Source: an uncultured Candidatus Saccharibacteria bacterium (lineage in GTDB: Bacteria; Patescibacteriota; Minisyncoccia; Phycocordibacterales; Phycocordibacteraceae). From it: DNA of 64,000 nt. The stretch's first letter is position 1. Each line of letters opens with the position of its first letter. The notes beneath the pieces were generated by a model. That model saw only the letters and a list, made by a program, of their open reading frames with translations. It had not been told where the DNA came from and ran no database searches. A program made the position numbers and the translations under genes. This document shows positions 9,708 to 20,094 of this stretch, in pieces. Location: assembly GCA_964402535.1 (NCBI GenBank), contig CAYOCH010000001.1, forward strand, positions 8,286-72,285. Reading direction: 5' to 3'.

Positions 9708-12366
9708 GATGCAGCGCTTTGGCGAGGTACTCGCCCGTGTGCGAACCCTTGGTGTCGGCGACCTCCTCTGGCGTCCCCTTCGCGACGACCTTGCCGCCGC
9801 CGACGCCGCCCTCGGGCCCGAAGTCGATAAGATAATCCGCGCTCTTGATCACGTCCAGGTTGTGCTCGATCACGACGACTGTGTTGCCGCGCGCGACGAG
9901 CTCTTGCAGGATCTCGATCAGCTTCTTCACGTCCTCGTAGTGAAGGCCGACCGTCGGCTCATCGAGGAGATAAATAGTCTTTAGCGCCATCGGGCGGTAG
10001 AGCTCCGAGGCGATCTTCACGCGCTGCGCCTCGCCGCCCGAGAGGGTGGTCGCGCTCTGGCCGAGCGTGAGGTACTCGAGCCCGGTCGCGTTCAAGCTCG
10101 CGAGCCGGTCTGCGATCGCCGGGATGTCGGCGAAGAACGCCTCCGCCTCCTCGATCGTCATCTGGAGCACCTCGTGGATGTTCTTGCCGCGATACGTCAC
10201 CTCGAGGGTCTCCTTCATGAATCGCTTGCCCTCGCAGATGTCGCAGGTCACGTAGACCGTCGGCAAGAAGTGCATCTCGACCGCGATCGAGCCGTTGCCC
10301 TGACAGGCCTCGCAGCGGCCACCTGCGACGTTGAAGGAGAAGCGACCCGGCTTCCATCCCCTTGCGCGCGCCTCGGGCGTGGCGGCGAAGAGGTCGCGGA
10401 TATGCGTGAACGCGCCGGTGTAGGTCGCCGGGTTAGAACGCGGCGTGCGGCCGATCGGCGACTGGTCGATCAAGACTGCGCGGCCGACGTACTCGGTGCC
10501 GGTCATCGAGGCGACATGCTCGAGCCCAGCACCAGAACGAGTTCGGTGCTGGGTAAACTTGGCCACAATATTCTTGTGCAGAATGTCGTAGAGGAAGGTC
10601 GACTTACCCGAGCCAGAGACGCCGGTGATGCACACGAGCTTGCCCAAAGGCACGTCGATATTCTGGTTCACGAGGTTGTGCAGCGTCGCGCCGCGCACCT
10701 TGATCGCGCCGCGCTCGCTTGTGCGGCGCGACTCGGGGATCGGGATCACTGTCTCGCCGCGCAGATACGCGAGCGTCTTCGATTCCGTCTCGTTCTTCTT
10801 CGCCATGAGCAATTCGTCGAGCCAGCCGTGCGCGACGACCTTGCCGCCGTGGATGCCGGCGCCCGGGCCGATGTCGACGATATAGTCGCCCGCATAGATC
10901 GTGTCCTCGTCGTGTTCGACGACGACGATCGTGTTGCCGAGCTCCTTCAGGGTGAGGAGCGTTGTGATGAGACGGTCGTTGTCGCGCTGGTGGAGACCGA
11001 TCGTCGGCTCGTCGAGCACGTAGAGCGCGCCCGTGAGCCCGCTGCCCAGCTGTGAAGCCAAACGTATCCGCTGTGCTTCGCCCCCAGAAAGAGTCGCGGC
11101 CGACCGATCAAGCGTGAGATAGTCGAGGCCGACGTTCAGCATGAAGGTGAGGCGGCTCTCGATCTCCTTCAAGATCGGCGCCGCGATGTCGAACTTCATC
11201 TCCGAGAGCTCAAGTGAGTCGACAAACTTCTTGGCGTCGCCGATCGACATCGAGGTGAAGTCGACGATGTTCTTGCCGAGCCCTTTCTCTTTGCTGCTCT
11301 TCAGGTACACCCGCAGCGCCTCCGGGCGCAGACGCTTGCCCTCGCAGACGGGGCACGGCGCTTCAGAGAAGAGCGACTCGGTGCCGAGCCCGTGACAGGC
11401 CGGACACGCACCGTAGGGCGAGTTGAAGGAGAAGAGCCGCGGCTCCACCTCGGGGAACGAAGCGCCGTCCTCGGGGCAGATGAACTTGGACGAGAGCGTC
11501 TCGACCGTGCCGTCGGCGTGACCGATCTTCACCAAGCCGTCCGCCTCCTTGAGCGCGAGCTCGAGCGCCTCGGAGAGGCGCTCGCGGGCTGCCTGCGTCG
11601 AGCGCGCGAACTCTGATACGTAGATCGAGTCGACGACCGCGTCGATCGAGTGCCGCTTGTTGCGGTCGAGCTCGATCTTCTCGCGCAGCGACTGCAGCTT
11701 GCCGTCGACGACGACGCGCTCGTAGCCCTTGCCGAGGAGGTCGTAGAGGAGCTGATAGTATTCGCCCTTGCGGCCGACAACGACCGGCGCATAAATCGTG
11801 ACCGCGCTCTTGTCGACCGCGACGCCCATGATCCTTCCGGCGTCAGGGCCTCCGGCCGTGCTAGTTCCTTTGCGCTTCGCCTCGACGCGCGCGAACACCA
11901 TCTTGATCATCTCTTCTTTGGAGAGGCGCACGATCGGCACGTCGTGATGGATGCAGTAGGGCTGGCCAGCACGCGCATAGAGGACACGCAGGTAGTCGTA
12001 AATCTCCGTCACGGTCGCGACCGTCGAGCGCGGATTATTGGAGCGGCTCTTCTGGTCTATCGATATTGCGGGCGAGAGGCCAGAAATTTCATCGACATCC
12101 GGCTTGGCCATCTGATTCAAAAACTGCCGCGCATACGCGGACAAGCTTTCTACGTATCGCCTTTGGCCTTCTGCGAAAATAGTGTCGAACGCGAGCGAGG
12201 ACTTCCCGCTCCCCGAGAGGCCGGTGATCACCGTCATCGCCCCGCGCGGCATCTGCACGTCGATGTTCTTCAAGTTATGCGTCCGGGCGCCTTTGACGTG
12301 CAGCCAGTCAGACCCATGGCGGTGCCCATGGGCTTCATGTGCTTGCTTACTGCTCTTTTTAGTCAT
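9679..12366 (-). CDS. uvrA: Excinuclease ABC subunit A
   Basis: 895 aa with two ABC ATPase modules and zinc-finger CxxC pairs; conserved throughout. Confidence 0.95.
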   Translation of the reverse strand: MTKKSSKQAHEAHGHRHGSDWLHVKGARTHNLKNIDVQMPRGAMTVITGLSGSGKSSLAFDTIFAEGQRRYVESLSAYARQFLNQMAKPDVDEISGLSPAISIDQKSRSNNPRSTVATVTEIYDYLRVLYARAGQPYCIHHDVPIVRLSKEEMIKMVFARVEAKRKGTSTAGGPDAGRIMGVAVDKSAVTIYAPVVVGRKGEYYQLLYDLLGKGYERVVVDGKLQSLREKIELDRNKRHSIDAVVDSIYVSEFARSTQAARERLSEALELALKEADGLVKIGHADGTVETLSSKFICPEDGASFPEVEPRLFSFNSPYGACPACHGLGTESLFSEAPCPVCEGKRLRPEALRVYLKSSKEKGLGKNIVDFTSMSIGDAKKFVDSLELSEMKFDIAAPILKEIESRLTFMLNVGLDYLTLDRSAATLSGGEAQRIRLASQLGSGLTGALYVLDEPTIGLHQRDNDRLITTLLTLKELGNTIVVVEHDEDTIYAGDYIVDIGPGAGIHGGKVVAHGWLDELLMAKKNETESKTLAYLRGETVIPIPESRRTSERGAIKVRGATLHNLVNQNIDVPLGKLVCITGVSGSGKSTFLYDILHKNIVAKFTQHRTRSGAGLEHVASMTGTEYVGRAVLIDQSPIGRTPRSNPATYTGAFTHIRDLFAATPEARARGWKPGRFSFNVAGGRCEACQGNGSIAVEMHFLPTVYVTCDICEGKRFMKETLEVTYRGKNIHEVLQMTIEEAEAFFADIPAIADRLASLNATGLEYLTLGQSATTLSGGEAQRVKIASELYRPMALKTIYLLDEPTVGLHYEDVKKLIEILQELVARGNTVVVIEHNLDVIKSADYLIDFGPEGGVGGGKVVAKGTPEEVADTKGSHTGEYLAKALHHAKKRPKTV

Positions 12367-12680
12367 GGATATGGGAACTCCTGCCCGTGGCGGGACAGGT
12401 ACGGCTTGACTATACCATAACGAGTACTACAATTGAATTGAGCTTAGGCTCGGTTTTATTAGCTTAGTCCGGCCAATATGGCAGTACTCTTGCTAGAAAA
12501 ATTGAGCCCTGTTCTTCCAGCTGCATTTTGACTATCTGCATCGAATCCCTGAACAAGGTTCTTCCGATCCAGATCTAATTCCCGAGTCAATGACAACTTG
12601 CAGTTAGAATTAAGTTACGTCTTGTCATGACGTGACCGAAGTAAGAATCTCGGGTGTTCTTGCAGGACAGTGGGCTCAAT

Positions 12681-12712
12681 GCGAACCGCCTACCGGCGGT
12701 TCGGCGTTTTTA
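12681..12712 (+). terminator. Intrinsic terminator-like hairpin (CGAACCGCC-TACC-GGCGGTTCG) plus T5, plus-strand polarity
   Basis: Perfect 9-bp stem followed by GCGTTTTTA on the plus strand, yet no annotated plus-strand gene upstream. Confidence 0.5.
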
Positions 12713-13513
12713 TCATATTTGCATCGAGTCTTGAACTTCGTAAGTCTCTGCGGTCAGTATCAGCTCTATAGAACGCGCCCAAAGAAGATATATGTTACTT
12801 AGTGCAGCATTATGATCAAGAGGTGTTGGGAAGAGTGTGTGTATTTGCTGAACTAATCCGGTTCTATTTTCTGCCGAAATCGCGTAATCAATCGAGCCGC
12901 TTGGATTGGGGTCATTCGTTGGATGCTCAATGATATATTTAATAATCTGCAGTATCTTCGACAGATCGTCTTGAAGCGTTTTATCATCCGCCGCGAATGA
13001 AGCCATCTGGGTCTGGAAAACACGAACGGCTTGGACGTCCTGATTTTGAATAGCAGAGGAATACGAACTTCGCATTTGGTTCACATCTTGAAGTTCCTTA
13101 GTTATGTCTGCCCACAGCAGTGTCGCCGTCGCGCTGATTGCTTTATCGCTGTCATTGAGATAGGGCTGCAAACTACTGCTAGCGTTCTGCAAATGTGTCG
13201 CCGATTCATTTAACGCAGTCAGTATCACGACGTCTGACTGCGATTCTCCGAATGTTGCTTGCGCCTCGGAATAGGTTTTAGTTTTCCCATATAGCTCTGA
13301 AAGGGCAACAAGAAAAGAGTATATATAGTCGCTTGAATGCTGAGAATATTTACTATCATCCGTATTTGATGCGACGGAAGCATTAGTGGTATTTGCAGCT
13401 ACACTGTCGCCTGTGATAGGAGGGCTAGCGACGGAATGAATTCCCCATGCGATAGCTACAATCAATACGAGAACGACAACCGGGAAGAGTGTCGACTGTT
13501 CTGACGGCTTCAT
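12713..13513 (-). CDS. Hypothetical secreted/membrane-anchored Ser/Thr/Asn-rich protein (low-GC island)
   Basis: 266 aa, N-terminal TM helix; about 45% GC versus about 65% in flanking genes; no recognisable domain. Confidence 0.5.
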   Translation of the reverse strand: MKPSEQSTLFPVVVLVLIVAIAWGIHSVASPPITGDSVAANTTNASVASNTDDSKYSQHSSDYIYSFLVALSELYGKTKTYSEAQATFGESQSDVVILTALNESATHLQNASSSLQPYLNDSDKAISATATLLWADITKELQDVNQMRSSYSSAIQNQDVQAVRVFQTQMASFAADDKTLQDDLSKILQIIKYIIEHPTNDPNPSGSIDYAISAENRTGLVQQIHTLFPTPLDHNAALSNIYLLWARSIELILTAETYEVQDSMQI

Positions 13514-13544
13514 TAATACATAGTTTTCACCTAGTGCGCTACTG

Positions 13545-15587
<2,043 letters not shown>

Positions 15588-15592
15588 ATACG

Positions 15593-16843
15593 TTAGGCGT
15601 AGTAGGAACGGACAAAGTCTGCCCGATATTGTTCAAATCGTCCATCGATGATCGCCTGCCGCGCGCCAGCGACGAGGTCGAGGATGAAGCCGACGTTGTG
15701 CATCGAGGCGATAGCTGCGCCGAGCATCTCGCCCGAGCGCAGGAGGTGCGCGACATAGGCGCGAGAGAACTGCTCGGTGCCTGTTACAGCGAGCTCTGGG
15801 TCGAGCGGGCCGAAGTCTGTCCTATATTTTTCGTTCGTGAGACGGATGACGCCTTGTTTCGTATAGATCGAGCCGTGCCGGCCGAGCCGCGTCGCTGCGA
15901 CGCAGTCGAAGAGGTCCATGCCGTTCGCGATGCCCTCGAGGATATCGCCCGGCTCACCGATCCCGAGGAAGTGCCGCGGCAGCTCCTCGGGCAGTTCCCC
16001 CACGGCTGCCGAGAGCGCGCTCCGCATATCCTCCTTGCTGAAGGAGCCGCCGATGCCGATGCCGTCGAAGCCGAGTGAGGCGATCTCGCGAGCCGACTCG
16101 GCGCGCAGATCTTCGTGACGGCCGCCCTGCACGATGCCGAAGATCGCCTGCTTCTTGCTCGCGTCGATATTCTGCCGGTGCGCCGTAAGCGACCGCGCCG
16201 CCCAGCGATGTGTGCGTTCCATCGCCTCCTTCTGGTATTCATACGGCTCAGTCGGCGACGTGCATTCGTCGAAGGCGAAGAAGATGTCCGCGCCGAGTGC
16301 GTGCTGGATCTCGATCGTGCGCTCTGGCGTGAAGCGATGCAGCGAGCCGTCCAGGTGCGAGGTGAAGGAGACGCCCTCGTCGTCGATCACCGCGAGCTGG
16401 CCGTGCTGGCTCGCGACGCTCTCGTCGAAGTGCGCGAGCCCATGTCGGGACGTCGTACGTCCTACATCAGATGTAGGACGTACGACGTCCTCCACATTCG
16501 AGATCTTCGAGATCTTACGGCCGAAGGCCGCCCCGAGCGAGAAGACCTGAAAGCCGCCCGAGTCAGTGATCGTCGGCCCGCTCCAACCCATGAACGTGCC
16601 GAGCCCGCCAGCCTCTTGGACGATCTTCTCTCCCGGCTGCAGGTAGAGGTGATAGGTGTTCGCGAGGACGACCTCGGCGCCGAGCGCCTCGAGGGTCGAG
16701 GGCAGGATGCCTTTCACGTTCGCCTTCGTTCCCACCGGCGTGAAGGCGGGCGTGCGGATCGCCCCGTGAGGCGTCGTGAGGATGCCAACACGCGCGCGGC
16801 TCTTCAGCTCGCGTGATTCAATTGAGAATGAGATCGCGCTCAT
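15593..16843 (-). CDS. tgt: Queuine tRNA-ribosyltransferase (tRNA-guanine transglycosylase) with about 43-aa insertion
   Basis: TDSGGFQVFSLG, FDECT and Zn-site CxCxxC-like blocks conserved; 416 aa versus about 375 typical; extra segment after FSLG contains a perfect palindrome. Confidence 0.85.
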   Translation of the reverse strand: MSAISFSIESRELKSRARVGILTTPHGAIRTPAFTPVGTKANVKGILPSTLEALGAEVVLANTYHLYLQPGEKIVQEAGGLGTFMGWSGPTITDSGGFQVFSLGAAFGRKISKISNVEDVVRPTSDVGRTTSRHGLAHFDESVASQHGQLAVIDDEGVSFTSHLDGSLHRFTPERTIEIQHALGADIFFAFDECTSPTEPYEYQKEAMERTHRWAARSLTAHRQNIDASKKQAIFGIVQGGRHEDLRAESAREIASLGFDGIGIGGSFSKEDMRSALSAAVGELPEELPRHFLGIGEPGDILEGIANGMDLFDCVAATRLGRHGSIYTKQGVIRLTNEKYRTDFGPLDPELAVTGTEQFSRAYVAHLLRSGEMLGAAIASMHNVGFILDLVAGARQAIIDGRFEQYRADFVRSYYA

Positions 16844-16863
16844 TCCCTCACCCTAACAGATTT

Positions 16864-17391
16864 TCAGTGAGTCGGCTTCGTGACCTTCACGAGCTCAACC
16901 TCGAAGACGAGGTCGGAGTTCGCTGGGATCACATTGCCAACCGCCTGGCTGCCGTAGGCGAGCGCCGCGGGGATGAGGAGCTTGCGCTTGCCGCCCTCCT
17001 TCATGCCGACAAGGCCCTGATCCCACCCCTTGATCACCTGGCCGGCGCCGAGCGTGAAGGTGAAGCCCTGTGTGCCGCGGTTCGCTGATGCGTCGAAGAC
17101 GGTCCCGTTCGTGAGCGAACCGACGTACTGCACCGTGACGCTATCGCCCACTGCGGCAACCGTGCCGGTACCGACGGTCTCGTCCTGTATGAGGAGCTCT
17201 TTGAAGGGTTCGCTAGGCATGGTTGAAGTGGTTGAAGCGGTTTGTGATTGTCCGGGAGTAATGTTCGCCTGATTCTGCTCCTCTTGCGCTGGCGCGGAAG
17301 AGCCGAACGGCGAGAGATTCGGGAGGATAAAAAAGAGCACGACGACGGCGAGTGCAAGCGCTGTGGCGATACCGGTTTTCGTTGGTGTCAT
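16864..17391 (-). CDS. FKBP-type peptidyl-prolyl cis-trans isomerase, membrane-anchored
   Basis: C-terminal FKBP domain (VTVQYVGSLTNGTVFDAS...GAGQVIKGWDQGLVGMKEGGKRKLLIPAALAYG). Confidence 0.85.
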   Translation of the reverse strand: MTPTKTGIATALALAVVVLFFILPNLSPFGSSAPAQEEQNQANITPGQSQTASTTSTMPSEPFKELLIQDETVGTGTVAAVGDSVTVQYVGSLTNGTVFDASANRGTQGFTFTLGAGQVIKGWDQGLVGMKEGGKRKLLIPAALAYGSQAVGNVIPANSDLVFEVELVKVTKPTH

Positions 17392-17416
17392 ATGGTTAGG
17401 CTATGTCGTGAGTATA

Positions 17417-17725
17417 CTACGGCGCGCGGAACGCCTTGAACCGCTTCACCTCCTCGTCGACAGCGGCCTTGGCGAGCGCCTCGTGATCCGGCACCTCCAT
17501 GTCGAGGAACGCCTGGAGCGCAGCAGAGTCTCCTGCCTCGGCGAGTTTGCCGAACGCCTCACGCTTGTCCTCGGCGAGCTTGCCGACCACGGCCAGGGTC
17601 GCAGCCTTGAGCGCCACTTCGCCGAACTGGGCGATGAGTGGTTTTTGTTCTTCGGGCGTGAGTTCAGAGAGGCCGAGATCGGCGGCGATGAGCGCGGTGA
17701 GTTGGTCGTCTGGCATGGGTGTCAT
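17417..17725 (-). CDS. Hypothetical protein
   Basis: 103 aa after trimming to MTPMPDD; helical and acidic; no domain recognised. Confidence 0.4.
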   Translation of the reverse strand: MTPMPDDQLTALIAADLGLSELTPEEQKPLIAQFGEVALKAATLAVVGKLAEDKREAFGKLAEAGDSAALQAFLDMEVPDHEALAKAAVDEEVKRFKAFRAP

Positions 17726-17735
17726 CTTAGCATGG

Positions 17736-20090
17736 TTAGCGGATAAGCCGCGCGAAGTCGTCGAGCTCGGGCGGCTTCGCAAATGCGGAGAAGAAGCTCG
17801 TGATGCCCGTGTTCTTGATCGGCGCACCAGAGATGAGTCGGCCGTCGACGACCCCCCACGCGACTCGATATTTGCCGGAGTCGTCCGCCGCGTAGATCAC
17901 CTCGTTCGGATGCGTCGTGAGATATTTCGTCATCACCTCAAGGCGCGCTTCGGCTGTACCGCCGAACGCGAAGACCTTGGTCCCTGCCGAATCGATATAG
18001 AGATGCGTCTCTTTGACCGGCACGTCAAGACCGTAGTTGTTGCGGACGACATCGGCCGCCTGCTCATAGGAGCCCGAGTGGATCAGGTTGCCTGAGCCGT
18101 CCCTGATCGCGTTGCCAGAGCCGTCATGCACGACCGGCGCCTCTGGTGCGAGAGCAGGCGCCGGGGTCGGCACGTTCGCGGCGTTGACTGCCGCCTCGTG
18201 CGCCTCTTGTGCTGCCGTGAGATCGTTGGTCTCGACTGACGGTGGCGGCTGCGCCTCGATATGCGCATCCTCTGGTACGGGCGCGCTCGGAACCGGCGCT
18301 TCGATATGCGGCGCGCCTGACAGCTTCATCCCCTCTGCTGCGTTCACGATGTCGCCGTGCGCCGCGTCAGAGAAATGCAGCGCGCCGTCTGCACCGATCG
18401 AGAGATGCGCACTCTTGTCGATCACGACGCTCCCGCCCTCGCCGAAGAACTTGTGATCCATCGCGAGCCGATGAATCACGCCGTTGATCTTCTCTGGATG
18501 CGCTTTAGCATCAAATAGCCTCTCAATATCACTGTTTGCTTGCATCCCCGCTGGCGGCTGATCAGGCAGCTGCTTGATCAAGTCCTTCAGCATACCCTCG
18601 TAGCCGTGTGACGAAGCGCCGACTGACACGACCGGCGCTTCTGCGATCGGTGCTGGTGCAGCCACCGCAGGAGCCGCCTCAGCTGCCGGAGCCGCGGTTG
18701 CTGCTGCCTGCGGCACCTCCGGCGGTGCTGGCGGCGGCGTCGCATCGGGCACTGACGATGCGTGTGGTGCTAGCGTTGGCGCTTCGCTTGTCTGTGATGC
18801 CATGGGTGCAGCCGCATGGTGACCCAACTTGTCACCAAGCCATTCGCGGACATGCGCCGCCCAGTCCGACTGGCTCACTTCTCTGATCAACTCGCTCATC
18901 GCAAGCGTCATGCCTGCTGAAAAGAGTATCGCCTTTACCATCGCCTTCTCTTTCGCATGCGTTCCGCCCTTTTCGAGCTCGCTCTTCTCAAACTTCAGAA
19001 ACGCTGTCGAAAGTCCGGCGACGCGCTGCGCTGCGACGCCGGTGAGACATGCAAACGCTGCCGGGAGTGACGCGCCGGAGGCGATACCAGCGCCGACACC
19101 GAGCGTGAGTCCGACTGCGATCTTTGTCTTCCATCCCATCTTGTTGTATTTCTCCCCAAGCCGACGAAATCCGCTTTCGACCTTACCCATCTTGGCAAGA
19201 CCAGCATCGAGTTCTTGTGAGCGCACCGCAAGCATCTCTCCAGGAGTCGCGGGTTCCTTCTCCTGCTTCGTCTCCTTCTCTGCATCTGCCTTCGCCGTCG
19301 CCTCGGCAACAAGCCGCTGCAATTCTTCTTGTGCCTCCTTGCGCGTCATCTCCTCGCTCTTCCGCCAGACTGCCGGCCCTTCCGCATTCGCCTTATCAAT
19401 ATCGAATGTCGGCGTTTGCCCCGCCGACTCCTGTGTTGGCAGAGTTGCTGGTTCCGATTTCGCCGGCGCTTGCCGCGCGTCGAGGCGCGCTTGCCCCTGC
19501 GCTATCGCGCGATTGAGCGCACTGCTCTTCGGGTCGTTGATCGATTCACCTTTTTTGAGAGCCTCAGTATTGTCTGCCGTTCTTTCTGCAACCTGCTGCT
19601 GTGCCTCTTGCTGCAAGCTCGCCTTGAGCGCCTCTACATCCGCGCCCGTTTCCAATCCGGCATCAAGGTCGATATCGACATGCTGTTCTTGTCCTGCCGG
19701 CGATAGCGCATCTATGTTCTGAAGGGTGTCCGAAATGACCTGTTCTCGCTCCTCTGGCGTAAATCTGGTCTGCTCTTTTTCTGCCGCAGCTGCCTCCGCG
19801 TAGACGCGCTCGCGGCGTACTGAGTTCAGATCTTCGACCTGCCTCGTCATCGCGTTTTCAATCCTGTCTTTGCTCTTGGCTGCTTTGGCCTTCGGATACG
19901 CTCGGGCGAGCTTAGCGACACGATCGAACATCTCGTTCGCACCCTTCCATGCCTTGCCCTCGAATTCACCGGGATCCTCGCCCGCAAGCTTCAGGCGCTT
20001 CCCCATCGCTGAATACCCCTTCTTTGCTTCTTCAAAAGAGGCCTTCGGATCGAACGGTTTCGCGCTGTCGTCGGGGGGATATTCAGCCAT
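17736..20090 (-). CDS. Large hypothetical membrane protein (coiled-coil N-terminus, 2 TM, Pro/Ala-rich linker, C-terminal globular domain)
   Basis: 784 aa; 5 nt downstream of the ATPase gene on the same strand (operon). Confidence 0.55.
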   Translation of the reverse strand: MAEYPPDDSAKPFDPKASFEEAKKGYSAMGKRLKLAGEDPGEFEGKAWKGANEMFDRVAKLARAYPKAKAAKSKDRIENAMTRQVEDLNSVRRERVYAEAAAAEKEQTRFTPEEREQVISDTLQNIDALSPAGQEQHVDIDLDAGLETGADVEALKASLQQEAQQQVAERTADNTEALKKGESINDPKSSALNRAIAQGQARLDARQAPAKSEPATLPTQESAGQTPTFDIDKANAEGPAVWRKSEEMTRKEAQEELQRLVAEATAKADAEKETKQEKEPATPGEMLAVRSQELDAGLAKMGKVESGFRRLGEKYNKMGWKTKIAVGLTLGVGAGIASGASLPAAFACLTGVAAQRVAGLSTAFLKFEKSELEKGGTHAKEKAMVKAILFSAGMTLAMSELIREVSQSDWAAHVREWLGDKLGHHAAAPMASQTSEAPTLAPHASSVPDATPPPAPPEVPQAAATAAPAAEAAPAVAAPAPIAEAPVVSVGASSHGYEGMLKDLIKQLPDQPPAGMQANSDIERLFDAKAHPEKINGVIHRLAMDHKFFGEGGSVVIDKSAHLSIGADGALHFSDAAHGDIVNAAEGMKLSGAPHIEAPVPSAPVPEDAHIEAQPPPSVETNDLTAAQEAHEAAVNAANVPTPAPALAPEAPVVHDGSGNAIRDGSGNLIHSGSYEQAADVVRNNYGLDVPVKETHLYIDSAGTKVFAFGGTAEARLEVMTKYLTTHPNEVIYAADDSGKYRVAWGVVDGRLISGAPIKNTGITSFFSAFAKPPELDDFARLIR

Positions 20091-20094
20091 AGCC

